Of a stretch of 64,000 nucleotides of DNA, positions 1-8,193 are shown in pieces. The stretch is from Opitutales bacterium (GTDB taxonomy: Bacteria; Verrucomicrobiota; Verrucomicrobiia; Opitutales; PNEW01), in assembly GCA_965197745.1 (NCBI GenBank), contig CBDANS010000007.1:160001-224000 (forward strand), given 5' to 3'. Positions within the stretch are counted from its first letter, which is position 1. Each line of letters begins with the position of its first letter. The notes below the pieces were generated by a model. That model was given only the letters and a program-made list of their open reading frames with translations. It made no database searches and was not told where the DNA came from. A program made the position numbers and the translations under genes.

Positions 1-113
1 TTCAGTTACATCCTCGTATAGCCTTACTCTTTCTGAAAATTCTGGCAGTGGAGTGACCCCCAAAAATGGTATCATTAACAGAGAGAGGTTATGGGGATAA
101 CCCGATAACCTCA

Positions 114-380
114 ATGAAAAGAAAAGGATATACAACAGAACAGATCATAGCAATACTGCGGCAGCCCGATACGGGCAAAACCGTGCAGGAAGTCTGCCGC
201 GGCAACAACCTAAGTGAACAGACCTTCTATCGCTGGGGCAAAAAGTATGGCAACTTGGAGCTGGCTGATGCGAAGCGATTTAAAGAGCTGGAAAAGGAGA
301 ATACGGAGCTGAAGAAGATGCTCGCTGATCAAATGCTCAAGCTTCGGGTGTTGGAGGAAACGCTCTCAAAAAAATGGTGA
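114..380 (+). CDS. IS3 transposase OrfA (HTH_Tnp_1)
   Basis: MKRKGYTTEQIIAILRQ...EVCR...SEQTFYRW.KKYG...KELEKENTELKKMLAD. A7 slippery run at 368-374 and GTGA overlap with orfB. Confidence 0.9.
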   Translation: MKRKGYTTEQIIAILRQPDTGKTVQEVCRGNNLSEQTFYRWGKKYGNLELADAKRFKELEKENTELKKMLADQMLKLRVLEETLSKKW

Positions 381-809
381 GCCCAAAGCAGAAGAAGCGA
401 GCAGTAAAAGATGCGGCTGAGAAGGGGCTGTGCTCGTTTTAGAGGGCTTGTGCTTATCTCAGCCTCAGTTGGTCAACGTACAGCTACCGACCCAAGCAGG
501 CCAGTAAGAAGGCTCAGCGGTTGGCCGAGCGGATTGTAACCCTGTCCTGGGAACATCCCCGCTACGGTTATCGGCGCATCCGTGCCTTGCTGGTGAAGGA
601 AGGTTGGGCGGCGAGCAGGAAATTTGTACAGGCAGTGCGACGTTCTTCGGGCTTACAGGTAAAGCCACCAAAAAAGCGTAGACACCGTCAAGGAGTCTCT
701 ACAGGGTCGCCTACTAAAGCAACCGGTCGCAATCACCTTTGGTCCTGGGACTTTGTCCATGATCGCACAGACCATGGCGGTCCATTAAAGATGATGACTC
801 TGATCGATG

Positions 810-852
810 TACCGAGGAGCTGAAAGCGACGACACTCAAGCGAAGCGAAGAC
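810..852 (+). repeat. Structured micro-insert 1 (43 nt) in orfB codon ID[E]YTREC
   Basis: GAT G|TACCGAGGAGCTGAAAGCGACGACACTCAAGCGAAGCGAAGAC|A TAT ACG CGT GAA TGT; carries in-frame TGA. Confidence 0.85.
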
Positions 853-980
853 ATATACGCGTGAATGTCTGGATATCCGGGTCGCTCGTGAACTCACCTC
901 ATCGGATGTCCTCTCTGTGCTTAGCGAGGCCATTGAAAAGGAGGGAGCTCCCAGCTATATCCGCAGTGATAATGGCAGTG

Positions 981-1012
981 TTCCGAGGAGCAAAGCGACG
1001 ACATGCGAAGCC
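981..1012 (+). repeat. Structured micro-insert 2 (32 nt) in orfB codon SDNGS[E]F
   Basis: AGT G|TTCCGAGGAGCAAAGCGACGACATGCGAAGCC|A TTT ATC; shifts frame. Confidence 0.85.
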
Positions 1013-1092
1013 ATTTATCGCTCATCAAGTACAGCGGTGGTTGCGTGAAAAAAACATCAAGGCGATATATATCGATCCGGGTAGTCCCTGGC

Positions 1093-1135
1093 TACCGAGC
1101 GAAGCGACACCTCAACGAGCCAAAGCGAGAATAAC
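1093..1135 (+). repeat. Structured micro-insert 3 (43 nt) in orfB codon PGSPW[Q]NG
   Basis: TGG C|TACCGAGCGAAGCGACACCTCAACGAGCCAAAGCGAGAATAAC|A AAC GGT; in frame, visible as LPSEATPQRAKARIT in ORF 807..1202. Confidence 0.85.
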
Positions 1136-1176
1136 AAACGGTTTCATCGAGTCGTTTCACAACCGCTTACGCGATG

Positions 1177-1212
1177 TACCGAGGAACGTAGTGACGACAT
1201 AGCGAAGCGCTC
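1177..1212 (+). repeat. Structured micro-insert 4 (36 nt) in orfB codon RLRD[E]CLN
   Basis: GAT G|TACCGAGGAACGTAGTGACGACATAGCGAAGCGCTC|A TGT TTG AAC; carries in-frame TAG and shifts frame. Confidence 0.85.
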
Positions 1213-1454
1213 ATGTTTGAACCCTGAAGTGTTGCTCAGCGTGGCTGAAGCGCAAGTTCTAATCGAACAATGGCGTCAGACCTATAACAATGAACATCCC
1301 CACCGTCGATCAGGCTTTCAAAGCCCACAAGAGTTTGTCACATTCCTTTCAGATCCTGGCCGCGCCAAGATCTCTCATATACATCAATCCTAAAACCATT
1401 TACACCCGGTAACTCTCTCACTTAATAATTGGTACGAAAAACGGGGTCCGATCA

Positions 1455-1646
1455 CCAGTGCCAGGCCGCTCCCGCAAAATAATTACGGTCATCTTGAACG
1501 AACCTGAATTTATTATATCTTCCCTTTTCCCCCCGGAAACTTTTAAGCTCCTCTGTCTTCTCTTGAAACGCTTCATTTCGTCGAAGTAATTCCCATACCT
1601 TCGCCGGTATGCCGTCCTCACAGGGATTGTAGACTGGTAAGTTCAT
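1455..1646 (-). pseudogene. N-terminus of a gene interrupted by the IS3 element; WELLRRN motif resembles DUF6499-type island regulators
   Basis: ORF runs exactly into the IS right end (the IS supplies the stop). An open frame (LPEFSERVRLYEDVTE) continues at 48..1. Confidence 0.5.
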
Positions 1647-1933
1647 GCGTACTATTGCTTCTCTATCGGTATTAAATTTAACAACCGTTTGGACTCATCC
1701 TCCACTCCTTGAAGTGGACACTGCCCAGCGCAATATCCGTCGGCTTTTGACTTTGGTGGGCATCGTCTACTGCTAGTTCAATTAATTCCTGTGCGAACCA
1801 TTAGTTCTACCAAACATCGCTTGCCTCGTGGTGTCAATATGTCCTGTTAATTGGCAGTGTCTCAATTTGAAAATTTTGGATCCCATTGACAAATTTTATT
1901 AATCATGCGGTATTACTTCACCCATATTTACAA

Positions 1934-2905
1934 ATGATGAAACGTAGTTTCTTCCCCTTTCTGTTTTCGTTAGTCTCAATGTGCGTTGTGTCGCCAACGG
2001 TTGTCACTGCTGAAGTTGTGTCTTGCGCGGATCACTCTATCGCGGCCAGCGCGATACGCACAACGGGGGACGTAAAAGCGTTCGTGCAATGCGCCTACGA
2101 GTATGTCCAGGAAGAGGGCTTTGATGAGGCCCGCAGAGCCTTTAACGAGGATGAGCGCTGGAGAAGCGGTCCGATCTATGTCTTCGTCTCCGAATCGACC
2201 CCGACGAGCGATCAGGCGCGACGCTTCGTCTTCCCGCCCGACCGGCTCAACGAAGGAACATCGCTAGGGTTGCTGATTGATGCCTACGGCAACGACTACT
2301 ACAAGGAACAGCATCGCATCACGAGCAGCGTAGGAGATGGCTGGATCTACTACTCCTTTACAAACTTTGAGACGGGCAGGGATGAACCGAAGGTTACCTA
2401 CATCAAGAGCATCGACTGGGACGGGACCCCCGCTGCGATCGGCGCGGGGATCTACCGCCGCGACATCCCGGGTGCATGCAACAGTGAAGAGGTCAACGCC
2501 ATGTTGCTTGATAGCGATCCTTCCAACGAGAGACTCATGGAGTTTGTCCGTTGCGCCGCAATGGAGCTAGAAATGAAAGGCTATTTTGCCATCAACACTT
2601 TGACAACGGAACCGCGATGGAAACACGGATCAATCTACTTGTTTGCCATCGATACTTATGGCTATACGCTGTTCAGTGGCGATTCATACAGCCAGCCGGA
2701 TATAATGTCCGAGTTGGCGGGAACGGTCACAGACCATGACCTTGTGAGCGTTGCGGACGCTTTCGGTGAAACCTTTCTCTATTATTCGAGTCGCAATCCG
2801 TCCACCGAAATGATGCAGCAAAAGGTGACTTTCGTTAAGAGAATAGTGTCCTTTGGTCTGCCGATTCTAATTGGCGCCGGCTATTATCTGGAGGAGGGAC
2901 AGTAG
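1934..2905 (+). CDS. Secreted tandem single-Cache (sCache_2-like) domain protein
   Basis: Signal-peptide-like N-terminus. Two repeats of 'FV.CA...G...A...F/L...RW..G.IY.F...G...Y...N..T....K.T..K.I...G.P..IGAG.Y'. Confidence 0.75.
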   Translation: MMKRSFFPFLFSLVSMCVVSPTVVTAEVVSCADHSIAASAIRTTGDVKAFVQCAYEYVQEEGFDEARRAFNEDERWRSGPIYVFVSESTPTSDQARRFVFPPDRLNEGTSLGLLIDAYGNDYYKEQHRITSSVGDGWIYYSFTNFETGRDEPKVTYIKSIDWDGTPAAIGAGIYRRDIPGACNSEEVNAMLLDSDPSNERLMEFVRCAAMELEMKGYFAINTLTTEPRWKHGSIYLFAIDTYGYTLFSGDSYSQPDIMSELAGTVTDHDLVSVADAFGETFLYYSSRNPSTEMMQQKVTFVKRIVSFGLPILIGAGYYLEEGQ

Positions 2906-3169
2906 GTCGGGAATAGCTCACTTCTAAGAAGAAGTAAATGCGGCTACTCTGTTTAAAGGGGATGCCCCAAAGGGGGAGACTTATAAACTCTACATGGAAA
3001 TATTTGAGTGCCCTTTTTAACCCTGGTTTCACAGGCAGGTTCCCTGAGAATCGTATCCGAGTTGGTACAGATTAAAGGCGTGAATAGATTATAAATAAAT
3101 ATCACCACCCAGGCATTTTTGATGTTATTCAGTCTGTGATGGCTTCTGAACATCTCAAAAGTCTTCCAC

Positions 3170-4048
3170 TCAGAAAAGCCTTTTCACTACAAACATCCAA
3201 GAGAAACGATTCATTGGACTAATCGTTTCAGTGGCTTTAAAATCAGGATCTGAGGCATTCATGGGATGGATCGAGTATTTACCATCAGATTTGAGTTCAG
3301 CAGTACGTGAATAAGCCGTTGTTACGCCCAGAACTATTTTCTCATTGAGGTTGTAATCAATGCCGAGGAACAGTTGCCAGAATAAGACTCTGTCAGACAG
3401 ATCTTTATCTGAGTGAGAGTTGTAAAATGACAATGGGGGATCATAGTTTCCCTGGGGTACAGCAGTATCTTCATATTGGGAATCGTAATACACCCCCGAA
3501 ACCTTGGCCGAGGCGAGTCCGAGACCGCCCCCCACATAGGGGGCCCAACGGGACTCATTGGGAAAATCATAAGAGGCATTAAAGGAGAGGGTACGGAGGG
3601 TGAGGTCATCAATTCGAGACTCTGAACGGCTTTGGACGGTATTGTTGGAAGGCTTCAGAGGGGCTCCCTCGAAATCGGTGATTTTCTTGAAAGTTTGCTC
3701 AACATCGTTTTTTTGTTGAGCAAAGGACACCTCAAAGCGTAGCCGCTGGTGTATCCGGCCAATGGAAATCACCCCACGGGTGCCATATTTTTCCTCGATA
3801 TCGTAATGCCAGTGGTATCCCGATGGTGGTGGTGAGTCTCCAGTAAAACAGTCATCGGTTGGGTAACAGGTGGTGTCGCGATTCCAGCCCTCGTGGGTGC
3901 CGGAGGCCGAGTTGCCCCCGATTCCAACACTGGCATACCACTTGGAGCGCTTTGATTCTTGCTTCTGAGGTTCGATTTCTGCACCAAAGGCAGAGGTCCA
4001 GGTACAACCCGCTAACATTAACGCCCCAGCGGCCAAAATATTATTCAT
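3170..4048 (-). CDS. Outer-membrane beta-barrel protein (Opa/OmpA-like porin family)
   Basis: Signal peptide, WYASVGIG, LRFEVS, NASYDF...PYVGGGLG, WQLFLGIDY, terminal F. Confidence 0.75.
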   Translation of the reverse strand: MNNILAAGALMLAGCTWTSAFGAEIEPQKQESKRSKWYASVGIGGNSASGTHEGWNRDTTCYPTDDCFTGDSPPPSGYHWHYDIEEKYGTRGVISIGRIHQRLRFEVSFAQQKNDVEQTFKKITDFEGAPLKPSNNTVQSRSESRIDDLTLRTLSFNASYDFPNESRWAPYVGGGLGLASAKVSGVYYDSQYEDTAVPQGNYDPPLSFYNSHSDKDLSDRVLFWQLFLGIDYNLNEKIVLGVTTAYSRTAELKSDGKYSIHPMNASDPDFKATETISPMNRFSWMFVVKRLF

Positions 4049-4144
4049 TGTCACTGCTTTGATAAATTACCTCCGGCATGTGCCCCCGTCAAATCCTCTT
4101 GAGTGTGACTATCCCTATCTGGGTAAAGTCACTGTCCCTTAACT

Positions 4145-4399
4145 GTCTATCGTGCCTTGCTTGTCATGTACGCTATCTCGCTCCGTCTTTCCGACGTAAG
4201 TTTCCTTGTCCGCGAAGATCCGCCCAATTAAACCGCGAACTGCGATGAAAAATTTTCTTGCCCACGAGACTCCGTCCTTCTGCCCGAACTTATGCACTGG
4301 CTCAACCTTATGGCTGATTTCCCGTTCGCCCGTATCCAACACTACGACGCACGGGACAGGTTGTTTGCCATCGCGGGTACGTTCTGCTCTCTCTTTCAC
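4145..4399 (-). pseudogene. Degenerate remnant of a small basic mobile-element-associated protein (RD.NQ..ATGE...GG.AR..L..ERRSEIA..A..AR type)
   Basis: RDGKQ..VVVLDTGE in one frame and LGGSSRTRKLTSERRSEIAYMTSKAR* in another; family recognised from memory only. Confidence 0.3.
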
Positions 4400-4664
4400 G
4401 ACGAAAGATTATGACACACTAACGGTGCAGTGCAAACTCAATATTTTCAAACTGACCTACTATCAGCAACCGCAAGTCTGGCCAATCTCCCTCGCTGATG
4501 AGGCTGAAGATGTCACCCAAAGTAATCATGGAAAACTTAAAAACTCCTCTCAAATCGATAGGGGAAAATAGTATTCAACAGTAATGCAAAAAGCAGACGT
4601 TCTTTATCGTTACAGCTAATTATGATGCTTGTGGGTAAGCATGAATCCGGATGGCAATACCCTA

Positions 4665-5915
4665 TCAATCTAATGGTTTAAATGCGACAACTGTTTGCTT
4701 TTCATCTGCCGGAAGAATTGAGAAATATTTTTCTCCCTCTGATCTGCGCGCAAGACTCCGGTAATGATCAAAGAGAACCTGGTCGCTCGATCTATGCCCA
4801 AGCATCGCTGCTGTTTTACTCGCATCACTGGTCAGGGCATAATAGTAGCTGCCGAAACTGTGGCGCATCGCATTGCTGTATTCTTCTTTCCACTTGGGAA
4901 AGCCCGCTTCTCTGGTAAGTTCTGCAAAGCTTTTGAATAAATTAGTTGGTGCAATACGCCCTGTCTTTTTAAAGCATAACTGTAACCAAGCTACACAATT
5001 GTCCATTAGATCAATGACCCTTAACTGGCGCTTTTTAGCTATCTGCGGGCCAACCGTCAGTAACTTGCGCTCCAGGTCGATGGCCGACCAGTCAAGCCTG
5101 GATATTTCAGTGCTCCTTAACCCTGCAAACAGTCCTAATGCCACCAATGGGAGCAGCCCCATATCTTCATCTGTCTTTGCTGCATGGAAGACCAAATCTT
5201 CTGCTTGACTGACCTTGAGAATGACAGGGGGCTTCCAGTCTATTTTTGGTATTGGAATTTTCTTCACGGGATTATCGACCCGAAATCCATTGTTCACCGC
5301 ATAGTTAAAAAAAGTGCTTAAGCATAAGCGGTAGTTTATAATGCTTCTCACAGAGAGAGTGGTAAAGTTATTGAGCCACTCTTCTATTTCTGGCTGGGAA
5401 ATCTCCTTGACCAGTCGGCTCCCAAAGTTTCTTGAGAATATTCCCAGCCGTGAGCGGATATCATTAATCGAGCGAGCGCGCAGATTCTGTTTTTCTTTTT
5501 CCTCAATCATTGTTGCCGTTAACTCCAACACTGAGATATCACCCGCCGGGGGATTCAAATGCAGCTTGGCAAACTCTGCTGCCTCCGAGAGGGTAATGTC
5601 GAAACCTTCCAGTATTTCGAGCGCATTGAATGCATCCTTAGATTGGTAACCAGTCAGGTTATAATGATGCTGCCCATGTTGAAGCAGTTGTTCGTGTTGC
5701 TCTTTCGCCCAGGCAAAAGCGACCTCTTTATCCTTGAACTGTCTTCTCATTCGCTTGCCCGCGAACTTAGAGGGAATCAAAACCTGGTAGGAAAATCCGT
5801 AATCATCGCCAGCGGTTCGATTGATAACTTCCCTGACTGTGATAGAACTTTTATTCGGGTGCTCCCAGCTATTAAGGGGACTCGACTTTTTACGTTTTCC
5901 TTTAGTTGCCTCCAT
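4665..5915 (-). CDS. Tyrosine recombinase / phage-type integrase
   Basis: GLFAGLRSTEISRLDW (Arg), AKKR (Lys), NAMRHSF, MLGH, HYR (Tyr); SAM-like core-binding region upstream. Confidence 0.92.
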   Translation of the reverse strand: MEATKGKRKKSSPLNSWEHPNKSSITVREVINRTAGDDYGFSYQVLIPSKFAGKRMRRQFKDKEVAFAWAKEQHEQLLQHGQHHYNLTGYQSKDAFNALEILEGFDITLSEAAEFAKLHLNPPAGDISVLELTATMIEEKEKQNLRARSINDIRSRLGIFSRNFGSRLVKEISQPEIEEWLNNFTTLSVRSIINYRLCLSTFFNYAVNNGFRVDNPVKKIPIPKIDWKPPVILKVSQAEDLVFHAAKTDEDMGLLPLVALGLFAGLRSTEISRLDWSAIDLERKLLTVGPQIAKKRQLRVIDLMDNCVAWLQLCFKKTGRIAPTNLFKSFAELTREAGFPKWKEEYSNAMRHSFGSYYYALTSDASKTAAMLGHRSSDQVLFDHYRSLARRSEGEKYFSILPADEKQTVVAFKPLD

Positions 5916-6010
5916 CAAGTAAGACAATGCCTCAATCAGGTTTACTTGCAAGCTTTATTGACAATAATTAATCAGGAATATTTTAAGTTATTGATATATT
6001 CTTTAAAAGA

Positions 6011-6059
6011 CGGGGAGGCAGACCCGTCTTCGTCAGTAGTCTACGACGTGGCAAGCGAA
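6011..6059 (-). other. Putative att remnant: tRNA 3'-end-like sequence with a 34-nt palindromic insert
   Basis: Minus strand reads TTCG[CTTGCCACGTCGTAGACTACTGACGAAGACGGGT]CTGCCTCCCCG, ~95 nt upstream of the integrase ATG. Confidence 0.4.
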
Positions 6060-6081
6060 GGCTAAGATTATAGTATGATTT

Positions 6082-6107
6082 GGAGGGCCACGCTCCGTCG
6101 TGGCCGC
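6082..6107 (+). repeat. REP-like palindrome downstream of htpG
   Basis: GGAG-GGCCACG-CTCCGT-CGTGGCC stem-loop with GGAG 5' tail. Confidence 0.45.
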
Positions 6108-6167
6108 TTTGGAGTTCGATTTCAATGGACTATACGCGGACGCGATCACCCTGAATCAGCTTATCTC

Positions 6168-8045
6168 TTATTTTCTTTTACTGGAGGGAGGGGATTTATT
6201 TTCCTTGGTAACGCGTTCGAGAATATCGTAAACGCGGTTGACCATACTACGCGGGTCTTCGATAAAACCGGCGGCAACCATAGCATTATCAAAAATTTGT
6301 GCTACCACCATTTTAGCCAGACCCACATCGGTTCCCTTTAGCGATGCAAGATTTTTTATGAGGGAGTGACGTGGATTTATTTCCAGATTAACGAGGGGGG
6401 TGGATTCAACATCCTGCTGCATCGCTTTCATCATGCGACGCATACTGGGTGTCATCATTTTGTCGGCGTTGAGAACGACAGCCGGGCTATCGACAAGGCG
6501 GCTGCTGCCAACCACATCTTTTACTTTTTCACCCAGGGTCTCACTGATGAACTGACAGAGATCCTTAAGTTTTGCTTCGGCTAAAGGTTTTCCCTTGGTA
6601 GGAGTATCTTCCAGCTGTAGGTCTGCCTGGTCAGCGGAGACTAATTTTTTACCATCGAATTCATTCAAATGTCCCAAAGCGAATTCATCAATGGGGTCGA
6701 ATACGTAGAGCACTTCAAGATTGCGCGCTTTAAATGCTTCAATATACGGCCCCAATTCTATGGTTTTACGGCTTGGGGCATGAAGATAATAAATCTCTTT
6801 TTGCTCTTCTTTCATTCTCGAAACGACGTCTGCTAAACTGGTCAGCTTTTCTGGTTCGGTCAGTGACGACTCGTATCGCAAGAGTCTCCCCAGTTGCTCG
6901 CGGTGATTATGATCTATAGATATGCCTTCTTTTAGATAGAGATTAAACTTGGTATAGAATTTTTCGTAGTTTTCAGGATTCTTTTTCGCTTCATCTTCAA
7001 GATATTTAAGAAAACGCCGGGTAAGGACACGATTAAGCTTTTGGACAAGGGCACTGTCCTGCATTGTTTCCCGCGAGATATTCAAGGGAAGATCTTCACT
7101 GTCTACTACCCCCTTGAGGAAACGCAGCCATTCCGGCAAGAGACCATCGGGTTTGCTATCGATTAGAATTTTTTTACAATACAGACCCACCCCCGGATCA
7201 ATGCGTCCAAAGCCCCAGCGTTCAGTGTTTTCCTGGGGAACGAAAAGCAGGGCATTTATGGCTAAGGGCGCATCGGCACTAAAATGGAGATGAAACATCG
7301 GATCATCAAAAGCATTGGCCTGAAATTTATAAAACTCGGTATATTCGTCGTCCTTGATTTCGTTCTTGTTTCGCATCCATAAAGCTTGAACGGTGTTAAC
7401 CTTATCACCGTTAAGATTGATAGGGAACTGAACAAAACTTGAGTAACGTTCGAGGATAGTCTTGACGCGATCTTTCTTCGAGAATTCTTTATCTTCATCC
7501 TTGAACTTTATGATAATTTTACACCCACGGCGCTGCCCCTCCACAGGTTCGATAGAATAATCGCCGGCCCCCGAGCTTTCCCATAATAGATGCTCAGCAT
7601 CAGGTTGCCACGAATGAGTGTAAACTTGAACGGATTCTGCCACCATAAAAGAGCTGTAAAATCCGACGCCAAACTGACCAATAAGATTTGCGCCTGTATC
7701 AGCGTTCTCCTTTACCGCCTGGAGAAACGCCTTGGAGCCAGAGTGTGCGATGGTTCCCAGGTTTTCCACCAAATCATCCCGGGTCATTCCGATACCGAAA
7801 TCCTGGATCGTGAGGGTGCCCGCGGTCTCATCGGTGGTGATATTAATTTCCAGTTCCAGGCGGTCATCGAAAATTTCTTTTTCGACAAGCTGCGTGTACC
7901 GCAATTTCTCGAGAGAGTCAGAGGCATTCGAAACCAGTTCGCGGACGAAGATTTCCTTATCGGTGTAAAGAGAGTTGATGACTATATCGAGCAGTTGTTT
8001 AACTTCTGCTTGAAACTCGTGTTTTTCCGGTGTTGTCGTAGCCAT
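6168..8045 (-). CDS. htpG: Molecular chaperone HtpG (Hsp90)
   Basis: FQAEVKQLL..INSLY..KEIFVRELVSNASD, IGQFGVGFYS, DLPLNISRE, LEINPRH. Confidence 0.98.
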   Translation of the reverse strand: MATTTPEKHEFQAEVKQLLDIVINSLYTDKEIFVRELVSNASDSLEKLRYTQLVEKEIFDDRLELEINITTDETAGTLTIQDFGIGMTRDDLVENLGTIAHSGSKAFLQAVKENADTGANLIGQFGVGFYSSFMVAESVQVYTHSWQPDAEHLLWESSGAGDYSIEPVEGQRRGCKIIIKFKDEDKEFSKKDRVKTILERYSSFVQFPINLNGDKVNTVQALWMRNKNEIKDDEYTEFYKFQANAFDDPMFHLHFSADAPLAINALLFVPQENTERWGFGRIDPGVGLYCKKILIDSKPDGLLPEWLRFLKGVVDSEDLPLNISRETMQDSALVQKLNRVLTRRFLKYLEDEAKKNPENYEKFYTKFNLYLKEGISIDHNHREQLGRLLRYESSLTEPEKLTSLADVVSRMKEEQKEIYYLHAPSRKTIELGPYIEAFKARNLEVLYVFDPIDEFALGHLNEFDGKKLVSADQADLQLEDTPTKGKPLAEAKLKDLCQFISETLGEKVKDVVGSSRLVDSPAVVLNADKMMTPSMRRMMKAMQQDVESTPLVNLEINPRHSLIKNLASLKGTDVGLAKMVVAQIFDNAMVAAGFIEDPRSMVNRVYDILERVTKENKSPPSSKRK

Positions 8046-8193
8046 ATCCAATATTGAATATTTGATAGTTAGGTATAAAAGTTAAAAGGGTTTGGAGATT
8101 ATAGAAACCGTCAAAAGTAACAATAAAGAATAAAAAATCAAGTTCATCGGTGAGGAGGAGAATGGGCGCTTAACTTGAGGAGTATCACGGAAA

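Larger units (their letters stand above)
377..1393 (+). pseudogene. IS3 transposase OrfB (DDE/rve core), disrupted by TAG at 440-442 and four short inserts
   Basis: Removing the inserts gives HPRYGYRRI...WSWDF...LID[E]YTRECL...IRSDNGS[E]FIA...IDPGSPW[Q]NGFIESFHNRLRD[E]CLN...IEQWRQTYNNEHPH, ending TAA 1391-1393. Confidence 0.9.
49..1454 (+). mobile_element. Decayed IS3-family insertion sequence (IS407-like organisation)
   Basis: Begins TG (49), ends CA (1454). Imperfect terminal IRs TGGAGTGACCCCCAAAAATGGTATCA / revcomp TGATCGGACCCCGTTTTTCGTACCAA. orfA plus -1-frame orfB. Flanks GCAG / CCAG. Confidence 0.9.

Noticed and set aside
981..1120. Resemblance of inserts to in-vitro DNAzyme cores (TCCGAGC..ACGA; GGCTA..CAACGA)
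   Set aside because: Only short partial matches; the required core spacing and stems are not kept.
807..1202. 131-aa ORF as an independent gene
   Set aside because: Chimeric reading created by the insert frameshifts in orfB.
810..1212. IS inserts as a CRISPR array or as T4 gene 60/byp-type bypass elements
   Set aside because: Units are not identical, the sequence between them is contiguous transposase, and no cas genes are present. No matched take-off/landing codons flank the inserts, so classical bypassing is unsupported.
1688..1722. Hairpin TCCACTCCTTGAAGTGGA resembling an IS200/IS605 end
   Set aside because: Weak similarity, no tnpA/tnpB and no second end visible.
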